This document shows positions 1 through 9,858 of a DNA stretch of 32,000 bases, one piece after another (positions within the stretch are counted from its first letter, which is position 1; each line of letters opens with the position of its first letter). Both the position numbers and the translations under genes were made by a program. The notes below the pieces were generated by a model. The model was given only the letters and a program-made list of their open reading frames with translations, was not told the DNA's origin and ran no database searches. The DNA comes from Pseudoalteromonas tetraodonis (lineage in GTDB: Bacteria; Pseudomonadota; Gammaproteobacteria; Enterobacterales; Alteromonadaceae), in the NCBI RefSeq assembly GCF_002310835.1, contig NZ_CP011041.1, forward strand, positions 360,001-392,000. The letters are read 5' to 3'.

Positions 1-909
1 TTTTTAAAAAAGCTCTGGGATAAAATTGTCTCTAGACGCAGAAAAACAAGCAAAGCCAGTATCTTGCATGAAGATCTTACACTTGCCTTTAGAACGTTAC
101 GTGATTACGTTGGTGAAGATATGGAGCGCATCCGTGTTGACTCTAAGCTTACCTACCAAGAGCTTAAGCTGTTTACTGAAGAGTTTGTGCCTTTGTTATC
201 ACAAGTGCTTGAGTATTACCCAGGTGAGCGCCCCATTTTTGATTTATTTGATGTAGAAAGTGAAATTCAAAAAGCACTGCATCGTAAAGTTACTTTAAAA
301 TCGGGTGGTTATTTGATCATAGATCAAACTGAAGCGATGACCACTGTTGATGTAAATACAGGCGCTTTTGTTGGTCACCGTAACCTTGAAGAAACTATTT
401 TTAATACCAACGTAGAAGCAACCTCTGCTATTGCTCGTCAACTAAGGCTGCGCAATTTGGGCGGTATTATTATTATCGACTTTATTGATATGGTAAGCGA
501 TGAGCATAAACGCCGTGTAATGCACTCATTAGAATCTGCACTCGATAAAGATCGTGCCAAATCTAATATCAATGGTTTGTCGGCATTAGGCTTAGTTGAA
601 ATGACCCGCAAACGTACCCGCGAAAGCCTAGAACATGTATTGTGTGATGTATGCCCAGCATGTTCAGGGCGAGGCTCACAAAAAACAGTTGAGACAGTCT
701 GCTATGAAATTCTTCGTGAAATAGTACGTGTTAATCGCGCTTACGATGCAGATAAGTTTGTAGTGTATGCTTCGCCTGCAGTTTGTGAAGCGCTATTAAA
801 TGATGAGTATCATAACCTCGCCGAATTAGAACTATTTATTGGAAAGCAGGTCAATATTCAAACTGAAAGTTTATACAGCCAAGAGCAGTTTGATGTGGTA
901 ATGATGTAA
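1..909 (+). CDS. rng: Ribonuclease G (RNase E/G family), C-terminal ~302 aa; the 5' end lies upstream of the window
   Basis: Frame 1 is open from nt 1 (FLKKLWDKIVSRRRK...). RNase E/G catalytic-core motifs are present: TTVDVNTGAFVG, LGGIIIIDFIDM, CDVCPACSGRG (Zn-link-like). It is followed by yhdP and tldD, as in the E. coli rng-yhdP-tldD order. Confidence 0.9.
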   Translation, partial: FLKKLWDKIVSRRRKTSKASILHEDLTLAFRTLRDYVGEDMERIRVDSKLTYQELKLFTEEFVPLLSQVLEYYPGERPIFDLFDVESEIQKALHRKVTLKSGGYLIIDQTEAMTTVDVNTGAFVGHRNLEETIFNTNVEATSAIARQLRLRNLGGIIIIDFIDMVSDEHKRRVMHSLESALDKDRAKSNINGLSALGLVEMTRKRTRESLEHVLCDVCPACSGRGSQKTVETVCYEILREIVRVNRAYDADKFVVYASPAVCEALLNDEYHNLAELELFIGKQVNIQTESLYSQEQFDVVMM

Positions 910-3900
910 TGAAATTTAAAGCGGCCTGTTTTTATTGTGTGCGAAAATTATGGCAAATAAGTGCTGTAATTTTAGTACTACTGGCCGTGATTGTTTCTAT
1001 TTTAAAATACACCTTACCCTACGCGAACGATTATAAAGGAGATATAGAAAGCTACCTTGATGATAAGTTTGATATTAGTTTATCTATAGGTGCTATATCA
1101 GCAAGTTGGCAAGGCAGTGGTCCCGCTTTAGTACTCGAAGAATTATCATTTAAAGACAACCAAACAGCCCCTATCTCTTTAACCATAGCTAAAACCAGTT
1201 TAGAGCTAAACCTTTGGGAAAGTTTAAAGTCGCTGCAGTTTAAATCAAATTACTTTGTGATCAATGGGTTTCATACCAAGGTTAATGTCGCCAATTTATT
1301 TGCTGGTAATCAAGATGAAGTTTCATTTGAGCAAAAAGAATTAATAGAAGGACTGTTTTTAGGCGAAACCGGTCACTTTGCAATAGAAAACTCCAGCATC
1401 AGCTTTGTACTAGAAGATAACAAAGAACGTAAATTGTTATTAGAAAACATTGTATGGCAAAACCAGGATAAACAGCATCTTGGTAGTGGTAGTCTAGCGC
1501 TACCGGGTATTTCTGTGGGTAATTTTGATGCCCGTATTGCGCTCAAAGGTGAAACCTTAGAGCAAATGGTGGGCGATTTATATGTGCAGGCTAATCAGGT
1601 TGATGTGTCAAATTGGTTAGCCCAGTACATTAATACTCAAAAGCAGCAACTACATAGTGATTTAAATTTGCAAGCATGGCTTAGGCTAGAGCAAGGCTTA
1701 GTAAGTGACGTAAAAGTACAGTGGTTACCGAGTGCGGTAAATTGGCAACTCAATGAGCAAACACAAAAAGTCAGCCTAAGTGAAGGGGGATTTCATTTAT
1801 ACCCTGAGCAAAATAGCTGGCGGTTAAAAAGTACCGGCCTAGCGTTTAGTACCAACGAGATAACGTGGCCTAGCCTCGAATTTGAAGCTTTATTAGGCAA
1901 GCAGAATAAAATATGGCTACAACAACTCGATTTAGCCCTATTAAATGATTTAGCAGAATTAACTAATTTTACTGACTTAACCCCTTTCTTAGCTCGCCAA
2001 CCCAGTGGTGAAATAAAAAACGCGTACCTAGAGTTTGCCGATGCAAAGCAATGGCAACTATGGTTTGAAGCCGATGAAATTAGCTGGCAAGAGAAAAACG
2101 CCGTACCCGCCGCTCAATCTTTAAGGGTTGATGGATTAGTTAATCAGCAATATGGGCGGATCACTATTTTTGGTGAAAACAGCCATTTAATTACAGGTGC
2201 TAGTTTTAGTAATAATATTGACTATAACCAGCTAAACATCGAATTAGATTTAGCTAAGCGCTCAGGCGATTGGCATATTAGCAGTGATAACCTGTGGCTT
2301 GATAACAATGAAGTGACCTTAAGCGCACAGATGCAATTAAGTTTAGGTAAAACGCCTCGCTTAGATTTATATGCCGAAGCATTTGCCCCCGATGCCAGTA
2401 TTGCCGGTCATTATTTTCCCTTAACGTTAATGAGCCCTGAGTTAGTTAGTTATTTAAATGGCGCAATAAAATCAGGTGAAGTAACAAATGCTCAGGTGTT
2501 ATTTTCTGGTCCATTATCAGGCTTTCCATTTGACGATGGTTCTGGGCAGTTTGATGTTTTAGCGCAAATAGATAATGCTACCTATCAATTCGATCCAGCT
2601 TGGCCAGCAGTCACAAATGCCAGTGTAAAGCTGCATTTTGCAAATCAGCGAATGGATATTTATAGCCAGCAAGGCCAACTGGTAAACCTTGACGTTGGCA
2701 GTAGTGTGCATGTGAGTATTGATGACTTAATGGGCGATGCGCCATTGGTGGTTAGTATTGATAAGCAAGCTGAGCTTGAAAAAATGCACGATTTTTTTGT
2801 CGCCACGCCTTTAGCAAATCCATTAGCTGATATTTTTAATGTTGTGCAAGGACAGGGGCTTGCCAGCGCAAACATTGAATTGCTAATCGGTTCACAATTT
2901 AAGGGCGGAGCGAGTGTAACTGGTAAGGTTAATTTACTCGACTCACCTCTTTATATTTCTGCTCCCGGTATTTCGCTTGAGCATTTAAAGGGTGAACTTA
3001 GCTTTAATAATCAACAAATAAACCTCACCGATGCTACGGCTACATGGCTTGGTATGCCATTAACGATTAACTACACTAGTGACGCAAACGCAGAGGATTA
3101 TCGCGCTAATATAAATATAAATGCTCAGCTTGATGCACAAACACTCATAAACCATGGTCAAGGTATCTTAGATGGTTACTTAAGCGGGCAAAGTGACGTT
3201 GATATTGCTTTAGAGCTTAATTTTACCGAGCAAGGGTTTAACTATCGTGCCGAAGTTGAATCGCCACTTATTGGCTTAAATAGTTCCTTGCCAGGAGTAT
3301 ATACAAAAAGCAGTGAGCAAATTTGGCCTCTGAGTGCGGTTATTCAAGGTGATGATATCTCTAATCTGATCACTGCAAATATTAATGAGTTATTTTATTT
3401 CAATGCCATTCTAGACAATACTCAATCGCAGTTTACCAACGCTCATTTTATCATCGGTGAAAAAGACTTAGGGCTTAACTCACAAGATTTAGCAGTGAGT
3501 ATTAATTTAGCGCAGAGTGAGTTATTACCTTGGATTGATTTAATTGATCAAATTATTAATGTGGCTAAAGCGCAGCCTGACAGTGCCTCGCCGGGCGTGA
3601 TGCCGCCTTTACATGAAGTGGTTGCGAATATTAACTCTTTTAACGTGAGTGGCATGCAGTTTAATGATTTTGATATGCGTTTATCGCCCCTAAATAATAA
3701 TTTGCAATTAAAGCTCAATGCCAAAGAGTTAAGAGCCGAAGTATTTATACCTAGCGGGCAATCAAGTCAGCCGATTCGAATTAATAGCGATTATTTAAGG
3801 CTTAATTTTTTAGATACAGAATCAGAGCAACCGAGCGAAAAATCAACCCCTGAACAACTTGCATGGCTTACAAAATTACCGGCTATTGAATTTGAATGTG

Positions 3901-4757
3901 CCGATTGTAAAGTAAGTCATTATCAGCTTGATAAGGTAAGCGCCTCATTGTTAGGCGATGGTAAAAAGCTGCTTATTTCTGAGCTAGTGGTTGATAAGGG
4001 CGACCATATATTACGGACTAAAGGGCAATGGCAGAATGGCCTAACGGCGATGAGCGGTGAACTTAAAAGTGATGATATTGGCGCCTTATTTAATGAGTTT
4101 GATATTACCACCACTATTAAAGACTCAAACGCCAATCTAAATTATCAGCTAAATTGGCAAGCGGCACCTTATGATTTAGACATTGCCAGTTTGGATGGCG
4201 AAATTAGCTGGGATTTAGGCGAAGGCCATTTAACTGAAATCAGTGATGGAGGTGCACGCGTATTCTCATTACTGAGCCTTGATTCATTAGTGCGTAAGCT
4301 AAAGCTTGATTTTAGAGATGTATTTTCTAAAGGTTTTTTTTATAACAGCATGCAAGGCACCATGCAGATAGATAAAGGCATTGCCTATACCCAAGATACT
4401 AAAATGGATGGGGTACCTGCCGATCTCTCTATAAAAGGGTATGCAAATTTAAATACTCTCGAAATTGACTACGACTTAGCCGTGGCACCACAAGTAACCT
4501 CGAGCATTCCGGTGATTGTGGCTTGGATGGTTAATCCAGTAACGGGGCTTGCAGCTTTAGCAATTGATAAAGTGATTCATTCTGCCCGAGTGATCTCAGA
4601 GATCAACTTTAAAGTAACAGGCAAAATGAACGATCCTCAGGTACAAGAGTTAGATCGTAAGAGTCGAGAGGTGACTTTACCGCAAGCAGCACAAAGTCAG
4701 CCACAAGCATCCTCAGAGTTAAAACTTAAAGATGCCGAGGTTAGCGCCACACAATGA
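909..4757 (+). CDS. yhdP: YhdP-family AsmA-like large envelope protein (1282 aa)
   Basis: It has a single N-terminal TM helix (ISAVILVLLAVIVSIL) and is very large. Its conserved position between rng and tldD fits YhdP. The ATG overlaps the rng stop (TAATG at 907-911). The family call rests on size and synteny, not on a motif. Confidence 0.8.
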   Translation: MKFKAACFYCVRKLWQISAVILVLLAVIVSILKYTLPYANDYKGDIESYLDDKFDISLSIGAISASWQGSGPALVLEELSFKDNQTAPISLTIAKTSLELNLWESLKSLQFKSNYFVINGFHTKVNVANLFAGNQDEVSFEQKELIEGLFLGETGHFAIENSSISFVLEDNKERKLLLENIVWQNQDKQHLGSGSLALPGISVGNFDARIALKGETLEQMVGDLYVQANQVDVSNWLAQYINTQKQQLHSDLNLQAWLRLEQGLVSDVKVQWLPSAVNWQLNEQTQKVSLSEGGFHLYPEQNSWRLKSTGLAFSTNEITWPSLEFEALLGKQNKIWLQQLDLALLNDLAELTNFTDLTPFLARQPSGEIKNAYLEFADAKQWQLWFEADEISWQEKNAVPAAQSLRVDGLVNQQYGRITIFGENSHLITGASFSNNIDYNQLNIELDLAKRSGDWHISSDNLWLDNNEVTLSAQMQLSLGKTPRLDLYAEAFAPDASIAGHYFPLTLMSPELVSYLNGAIKSGEVTNAQVLFSGPLSGFPFDDGSGQFDVLAQIDNATYQFDPAWPAVTNASVKLHFANQRMDIYSQQGQLVNLDVGSSVHVSIDDLMGDAPLVVSIDKQAELEKMHDFFVATPLANPLADIFNVVQGQGLASANIELLIGSQFKGGASVTGKVNLLDSPLYISAPGISLEHLKGELSFNNQQINLTDATATWLGMPLTINYTSDANAEDYRANININAQLDAQTLINHGQGILDGYLSGQSDVDIALELNFTEQGFNYRAEVESPLIGLNSSLPGVYTKSSEQIWPLSAVIQGDDISNLITANINELFYFNAILDNTQSQFTNAHFIIGEKDLGLNSQDLAVSINLAQSELLPWIDLIDQIINVAKAQPDSASPGVMPPLHEVVANINSFNVSGMQFNDFDMRLSPLNNNLQLKLNAKELRAEVFIPSGQSSQPIRINSDYLRLNFLDTESEQPSEKSTPEQLAWLTKLPAIEFECADCKVSHYQLDKVSASLLGDGKKLLISELVVDKGDHILRTKGQWQNGLTAMSGELKSDDIGALFNEFDITTTIKDSNANLNYQLNWQAAPYDLDIASLDGEISWDLGEGHLTEISDGGARVFSLLSLDSLVRKLKLDFRDVFSKGFFYNSMQGTMQIDKGIAYTQDTKMDGVPADLSIKGYANLNTLEIDYDLAVAPQVTSSIPVIVAWMVNPVTGLAALAIDKVIHSARVISEINFKVTGKMNDPQVQELDRKSREVTLPQAAQSQPQASSELKLKDAEVSATQ

Positions 4758-5593
4758 ATAAACAAGGTATAAATTCAGCTCCTAAGATTATTGCATTGCA
4801 AATGTGCTCAGGCTTAAATCCTGATGAGAATATTGCAAAATTAAAACAGGCATTGCAAAACTTACCGACAGCTCGCCCGCTGCTAGTGTGTCTACCAGAA
4901 GCGTTTTTAGTGTTTAGTAAACACGCTGGTGATACGTTGTTAGTGTCACAGCGTATTGAACAGTACAAACAGCAACTCAGTGAATTGTGCCGTAAACACA
5001 ACATTTGGTTAAATGCTGGCACCATGCCAGAGCCCTATAACCAACATAAGTATTACGCTGCCTCACACTTGTTTAATAACCAAGGCGATATTGTTGCAAG
5101 CTATAACAAAATACACTTGTTTGATGTTGAGGTAGATGACCAGACCGGCAGCTACCGAGAATCCGATTTTACTCAAGCCGGCGATGAGGTTGTGGTTGTT
5201 GATTCGCCCTTTGGTAAAATTGGTTTAACAGTATGTTATGATTTGCGTTTTGCTGGTTTATTTAATGCCTTAGTTCGCAAAGGCGCCGAAATTATATTAG
5301 TACCCAGTGCGTTTACTGTTCCAACAGGTAAAGCGCATTGGCAGCCGCTACTTGCAGCACGTGCAATAGAAACGCAGTGCTATGTTATTGCTGCAGCGCA
5401 ATATGGAGTGCATGAAAACAGTAGGCAAACTTATGGTCACAGCCTCATGTTATCGCCTTGGGGTGAAACATTAAGTGAAAAATCAACAGGGCTTGGTTTT
5501 ATTAGTTGCACCGTAGATTTAAACCAGTTACACAAAATTAGACGAGATATGCCGCTGCAATCTCACCAACGATTTAGAGAGCCATTATTATGA
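4754..5593 (+). CDS. Carbon-nitrogen hydrolase (nitrilase superfamily, Nit/YbeM-like amidase)
   Basis: The contexts of the Glu-Lys-Cys triad are present: [23 protein letters not shown]. It has ATGA overlaps with both the yhdP stop and the tldD start. Confidence 0.85.
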   Translation: MNKQGINSAPKIIALQMCSGLNPDENIAKLKQALQNLPTARPLLVCLPEAFLVFSKHAGDTLLVSQRIEQYKQQLSELCRKHNIWLNAGTMPEPYNQHKYYAASHLFNNQGDIVASYNKIHLFDVEVDDQTGSYRESDFTQAGDEVVVVDSPFGKIGLTVCYDLRFAGLFNALVRKGAEIILVPSAFTVPTGKAHWQPLLAARAIETQCYVIAAAQYGVHENSRQTYGHSLMLSPWGETLSEKSTGLGFISCTVDLNQLHKIRRDMPLQSHQRFREPLL

Positions 5594-7029
5594 ATTCGGT
5601 TGAACAGCATTTATTACACGACAGCCAGCTAAATCGAGAAGAACTCGAAAAAACATTAGCTTATATTCACCAGCACAAAGTTGATTATGCCGATCTTTAT
5701 TTTCAATCGAGCCATCATGAGTCTTGGGTATTAGAAGACGGCTTAGTGAAAGAAGGCTCTTATAACGTTGAGCGTGGCGTGGGGGTGCGGGCTGTAAGCG
5801 GTGAAAAAACCGGTTTTTCATATTCAGACGCAATTAATCTTGAAGCGTTAAACAAAGCAGCCACCGCTGCTCGTAGTATTGCCGATGCCGGTGAAGATAA
5901 AGCGGTTAAAGTATTTAGTGACGTGGCTGCAAAGCAGCAGTTTGCGCCGCATCAACCAATTTCTAGTATGAGCGATACCGATAAAGTTAATTTGTTACGT
6001 GAGCTTGAAAATTATATTCGCGAATTAGCCCCTGATGCTGAGCAAGTTATTAGCTCAATGTCTGCGGTATACGAAGAAGTATTAATTGCAGCCAGCGATG
6101 GCACCTTTGCTACCGATATTCGCCCACTGATCCGTTTAAACTGCTCTGTATTACTTGAAAAAAATGGTCGTCGTGAACGTGGCGGTGCTGGTGGCGGTGC
6201 GCGCCTAGATTATGGTTACTTTAAAGAGCTGGTAGATGGTAAGCCGCGTTGGATGGGTTTTGCAGAAGAAGCCGTTCGTCAAGCTAAAGTAAACTTAGAA
6301 GCTATTGATGCCCCAGCGGGTACTATGGAAGTGGTATTAGGTAATGGCTGGCCAGGCGTGTTGTTGCACGAGGCCGTAGGTCATGGCCTAGAGGGAGACT
6401 TTAACCGTAAAGGCGCGTCTGCGTTTAGCGGTAAAGTAGGTCAAAAAGTTGCTTCAGAGCTATGTACTGTGGTTGATGATGGTACTATGGCCGATCGCCG
6501 TGGTTCACTTAATGTCGATGATGAAGGTACGCCTGCAGCCTATAACGTACTTATCGAAAACGGTATTTTAAAAGGCTATATGCAAGATAAAATGAACGCG
6601 CGTTTAATGGGGGTAAACCCAACAGGTAATGCTCGTCGTGAATCATACGCGCATTTACCTATGCCACGTATGACCAACACTTACATGTTAGGCGGTGAGC
6701 ATAGCCAAGCTGATATTATCAGCACGGTTAAAAAAGGCGTGTTTGCTCCCAATTTTGGTGGCGGCCAAGTGGATATCACCTCGGGTAAGTTTGTATTTAG
6801 TGCCTCAGAAGCGTATTTAATTGAAAATGGTAAAATCACCCAGCCAATTAAAGGTGCTACCTTAATTGGTAATGGCCCTGAGGTTATGCAACAAATTTCT
6901 ATGGTAGGTAATGATTTAGCGCTTGATAAAGGTGTAGGTGTTTGTGGTAAAGACGGTCAAAGTGTACCAGTAGGCGTAGGCCAGCCAAGCCTGAAAATAG
7001 ATAACCTAACAGTGGGTGGCACGGCTTAA
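5590..7029 (+). CDS. tldD: Metalloprotease TldD
   Basis: 479 aa with the [11 protein letters not shown] (HExxxH) motif and a typical TldD/PmbA C-terminal Gly-rich region. Synteny with rng-yhdP supports the call. Confidence 0.93.
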   Translation: MNSVEQHLLHDSQLNREELEKTLAYIHQHKVDYADLYFQSSHHESWVLEDGLVKEGSYNVERGVGVRAVSGEKTGFSYSDAINLEALNKAATAARSIADAGEDKAVKVFSDVAAKQQFAPHQPISSMSDTDKVNLLRELENYIRELAPDAEQVISSMSAVYEEVLIAASDGTFATDIRPLIRLNCSVLLEKNGRRERGGAGGGARLDYGYFKELVDGKPRWMGFAEEAVRQAKVNLEAIDAPAGTMEVVLGNGWPGVLLHEAVGHGLEGDFNRKGASAFSGKVGQKVASELCTVVDDGTMADRRGSLNVDDEGTPAAYNVLIENGILKGYMQDKMNARLMGVNPTGNARRESYAHLPMPRMTNTYMLGGEHSQADIISTVKKGVFAPNFGGGQVDITSGKFVFSASEAYLIENGKITQPIKGATLIGNGPEVMQQISMVGNDLALDKGVGVCGKDGQSVPVGVGQPSLKIDNLTVGGTA

Positions 7030-7055
7030 TTTTATTACTGCCAAATACAACAAAT

Positions 7056-7089
7056 AAAACCTTGGAAGTGCATGCTTTCAAGGTTTTTT
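7056..7089 (+). terminator. Rho-independent terminator after tldD
   Basis: 10-bp stem ACCTTGGAAG / CTTTCAAGGT (one G.U pair), 6-nt loop TGCATG, then TTTTT. It lies 27 nt after the tldD stop. Confidence 0.7.
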
Positions 7090-7135
7090 ATTCTAAATTT
7101 CAGGTTTATTAGAATAGCTTGTTACATTTTTATTA

Positions 7136-7164
7136 TTCACTTTACCTTTATCTCGCCCTAGAAT
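7136..7164 (+). promoter_or_regulatory. Candidate sigma-70 promoter for the DUF2799 lipoprotein gene
   Basis: TTCACT-N17-TAGAAT, about 38 nt upstream of the ATG at 7202. This is a pattern match only. Confidence 0.3.
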
Positions 7165-7201
7165 AGGTACTTAGTTGAGTTTGGCTATCTTAGGAAAAAT
7201 A

Positions 7202-7771
7202 ATGTCTAGTCGTTACTTGTTTTTACTGTTTTTCATATTGCTATCAGGATGCTCTTCTTTGTCTCAGGATGAATGTATACAGGCCAATTGGACAAATTTA
7301 GGCTTTAGTCATGGTGAGCAAGGGTATACATTTGAACATGGCAGAGAAATCATATCTGCTTGTAGTGAATTTGGCATCACTGCAAAATTAGATGATTATC
7401 AAGCTGGTTACAAACAGGGGCTCGCAGCCTTTTGTGAGCCTGAAAATGGCTTTACCCTAGGTTTACGAGGCGATGCGTATAACGGGATTTGTAATGACAC
7501 ACAGTTTAGAAAAGCATGGCAAGAAGGTAATGAGCGTTATCAATTTGAAGCAAGGAAAGCCGAGATAGATGATCGACTTAATAATATTAATTGGCGGCTG
7601 CAATCTATTAGTGATGAATTAACGAGTGATAAACCGTTAAGTAGCCAAAGTAAAGAGTTACGCCGAGAGCGAGAACAGTTGGAGAGAGAGCGTCGTGATT
7701 TAAGAAAAGAAAAAGCACTTCTGCCATTACTCAACAAGCTTCCATCATGGCATTTTGAGTACGAACTATAA
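7202..7771 (+). CDS. DUF2799-family lipoprotein with a C-terminal charged coiled-coil
   Basis: Start moved to the ATG at 7202, which gives MSSRYLFLLFFILLSGC with lipobox LSGC. The repeated Cys-containing W/G/Y motifs (QDECIQANWTNLGFSHGEQGY ... AFCEPENGFTLGLRGDAYNGIC) are typical of DUF2799 as I recall it. The tail is RREREQLERERRDLRKEK. Confidence 0.7.
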   Translation: MSSRYLFLLFFILLSGCSSLSQDECIQANWTNLGFSHGEQGYTFEHGREIISACSEFGITAKLDDYQAGYKQGLAAFCEPENGFTLGLRGDAYNGICNDTQFRKAWQEGNERYQFEARKAEIDDRLNNINWRLQSISDELTSDKPLSSQSKELRREREQLERERRDLRKEKALLPLLNKLPSWHFEYEL

Positions 7772-7801
7772 TTTATAACGTGTTCTTTTAATGTGATTAA
7801 T

Positions 7802-8047
7802 ATGAAAGTAATGTCAATTTTAATAACATTTCTGATCCTCAGTGGGTGTGCGTCAAAAGAAATGCCAGAGGGTTATGGAGATGAAGTATTTGCAGAGCAT
7901 GAGTGCTTAGGTGGTGAAGTTGAAACAGACTATAGCTACACAATTTTTAGTTCTGACGAAGATGAAAGCAATAAGAGCACGGTGAAGTCGACTTGTCATC
8001 CAGTGACGCAGTCTGAACTTGAACGAGATATAAGAACGGGTGGTTGA
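7802..8047 (+). CDS. Small hypothetical lipoprotein (81 aa)
   Basis: The ATG at 7802 gives MKVMSILITFLILSGC (lipobox LSGC). The mature part is acidic with 2 further Cys. No family recognised and no clear SD. Confidence 0.5.
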   Translation: MKVMSILITFLILSGCASKEMPEGYGDEVFAEHECLGGEVETDYSYTIFSSDEDESNKSTVKSTCHPVTQSELERDIRTGG

Positions 8048-8053
8048 TAGAAC

Positions 8054-8090
8054 AAAATAAAAACCCACTATAGAGTGGGCTCTGTATTTT
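8054..8090. terminator. Short bidirectional hairpin between convergent genes (better on the minus strand)
   Basis: CCCACT-ATAG-AGTGGG (8064-8079). On the minus strand it is followed by TTTTTATTTT; on the plus strand a TTTT run starts 7 nt later. Confidence 0.5.
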
Positions 8091-8095
8091 AAGAA

Positions 8096-8602
8096 TTAAA
8101 GCTCAAAAGGAGCGACACCGACAGCTTGCATTGTGTAACCTACTTGGGCGATTTCGCCAGACCAAGTTTGCGTTTTAATAATACCCGTTACAACAATCGC
8201 ATCGTATAAGCTACCGATAGGGACACCGCCTTTAATGGTCACATGAACCAGCTGATTTGGCGGCGGCGGGGGCACATGAATACAGGCACCAAAGTAAGGG
8301 ACTAATAAAAACTCGGTGATAAGTTCGCTATCGCCTTCAAGAGGTACAACAAAACCAGGTAAGCTAACAGACTGCCCATCAAGTGCTTTAACAACTGGCG
8401 CGTCTAAATCAGGTTGCACCCAGTTTTGTTCACTGCCTTCGTGATTAGCTTGTGCTTGAGTATCTATTTGTACATGGCCCTCGGGTATGAGGTCTTCCCA
8501 AAAAATTTCCTTGGGTGGATTTGCAATGCTAGCAAAGCTAATTAGCACTGCGCTTAATAGCATTAAAGAGAGTGTAGTTACTTTAAACAACGTCATGATC
8601 AT
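8096..8602 (-). CDS. DUF3299-domain periplasmic protein
   Basis: It has a signal peptide and the hallmark LLVPYFGACIHVPPPPPNQ motif that I associate with DUF3299. It is the last gene of the ABC cluster, with an 8-nt gap to the permease stop. Confidence 0.75.
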   Translation of the reverse strand: MIMTLFKVTTLSLMLLSAVLISFASIANPPKEIFWEDLIPEGHVQIDTQAQANHEGSEQNWVQPDLDAPVVKALDGQSVSLPGFVVPLEGDSELITEFLLVPYFGACIHVPPPPPNQLVHVTIKGGVPIGSLYDAIVVTGIIKTQTWSGEIAQVGYTMQAVGVAPFEL

Positions 8603-8610
8603 CCTAAAGT

Positions 8611-9858
8611 TTATATTTTTATACTCATACCATCACTGAGAGAATAAAAGTAAGCGCGTGTAGCGGGGATCAAGCCAATAATAAATCCCGCAGCCATAAT
8701 AACGCCAATCAAAGTGAGTTCATAGTCAGAGAGCATGCTGATATTAATACTCACTCCAGCTTGGCTTTGTAAGTAACCCGCGGTCGTACCCATAAGCGCA
8801 TAAAATAAAATACAGCCTACCAAGCAACCTAAAAAGGTGGTAAGCAGTGATTCCATACTGATCAGCGAAAATAATTGCCAAGGGCGGGCACCCACAGAAC
8901 GCAGTATTGCCAGTTCTCTGCGGCGTTGATTAAGGTTAGCAAGTAATGTGGTTAACATACCGAGCAAGCTAATAATGACCACCACAAATGAAAATAACAG
9001 CAGTATTTTTTCTATTATTGCCAGCATTTCCCAGAGCTCTTTTAAAGTGACTGTGGGCATAATCGCTAATAGAGGCTCTTGTTTATATTGGTTAATGTTG
9101 CGCCTAATTTGTAGCGTATAAAGCGGTGAGTCGAAGCCCATTAAAAAGGCGGTAATTTGTTTTGGGTGCCCAATTAATGCATGGCTCGAGTGATCATGAT
9201 GATCGTCATGATCATGATGGCCGCCACCATGGATCAGCTCAATTGCCGCCAGTGGCACATGCAAGGTTTTATCCACCGGGGTACCGGTAGGCTTTAAGAT
9301 ACCAACCACTTTAAAAGGGTTATCATCATGATGATGAAAGCTAGTATTGCCCATGCCATGAGAAATCACAATTTCATCACCAATTTTATAGGCCAGTTTA
9401 CTTGCAACCTCACTACCTATAACAACTTCATTGATGCTAGAAAAAGCCTGTCCTTGTTCAAATGCTAAGGGCTGTTTTTTAGCAAATCGGTAGTGCTTAA
9501 AATAATCGAGTGTGGTGCCTAAGACAGCTTGACCTTTATGGCTATCGCCAAGGCTGATAGGAATGCTCCACTTAACCCCGCGCTGTTTTGTTATGTATTG
9601 ATAGCTTTGCCAACTCACCCCATTGTTGGTATGGCCAATTCTAAATACCGAGGAGAGGAGTAATTGAATATCGCCAGTGCGTGCGCCAACAATTAAATCG
9701 GTACCCGAAATGGTATTACTAAAACTACTTTTAGCATCTACGCGAACTCGCTCAATACTGAGTAATAACATGACGCTAATCGCAATAGTGAGCAATGTGA
9801 GTAATACGCTGGCACGTCTATTGAGCAAACTTTTATAGGCAAGTTTAAATAAAATCAT
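8611..9858 (-). CDS. MacB/FtsX-type ABC transporter permease with His/Asp-rich periplasmic inserts
   Basis: The architecture is TM1 (res ~18-36), a ~240-aa periplasmic domain, then three C-terminal TMs (FtsX-like). His-rich patches are SFHHHDDNPF and HGGGHHDHDDHHDHSSHALIGHP. It overlaps the ATPase gene by 4 nt. Confidence 0.85.
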   Translation of the reverse strand: MILFKLAYKSLLNRRASVLLTLLTIAISVMLLLSIERVRVDAKSSFSNTISGTDLIVGARTGDIQLLLSSVFRIGHTNNGVSWQSYQYITKQRGVKWSIPISLGDSHKGQAVLGTTLDYFKHYRFAKKQPLAFEQGQAFSSINEVVIGSEVASKLAYKIGDEIVISHGMGNTSFHHHDDNPFKVVGILKPTGTPVDKTLHVPLAAIELIHGGGHHDHDDHHDHSSHALIGHPKQITAFLMGFDSPLYTLQIRRNINQYKQEPLLAIMPTVTLKELWEMLAIIEKILLLFSFVVVIISLLGMLTTLLANLNQRRRELAILRSVGARPWQLFSLISMESLLTTFLGCLVGCILFYALMGTTAGYLQSQAGVSINISMLSDYELTLIGVIMAAGFIIGLIPATRAYFYSLSDGMSIKI

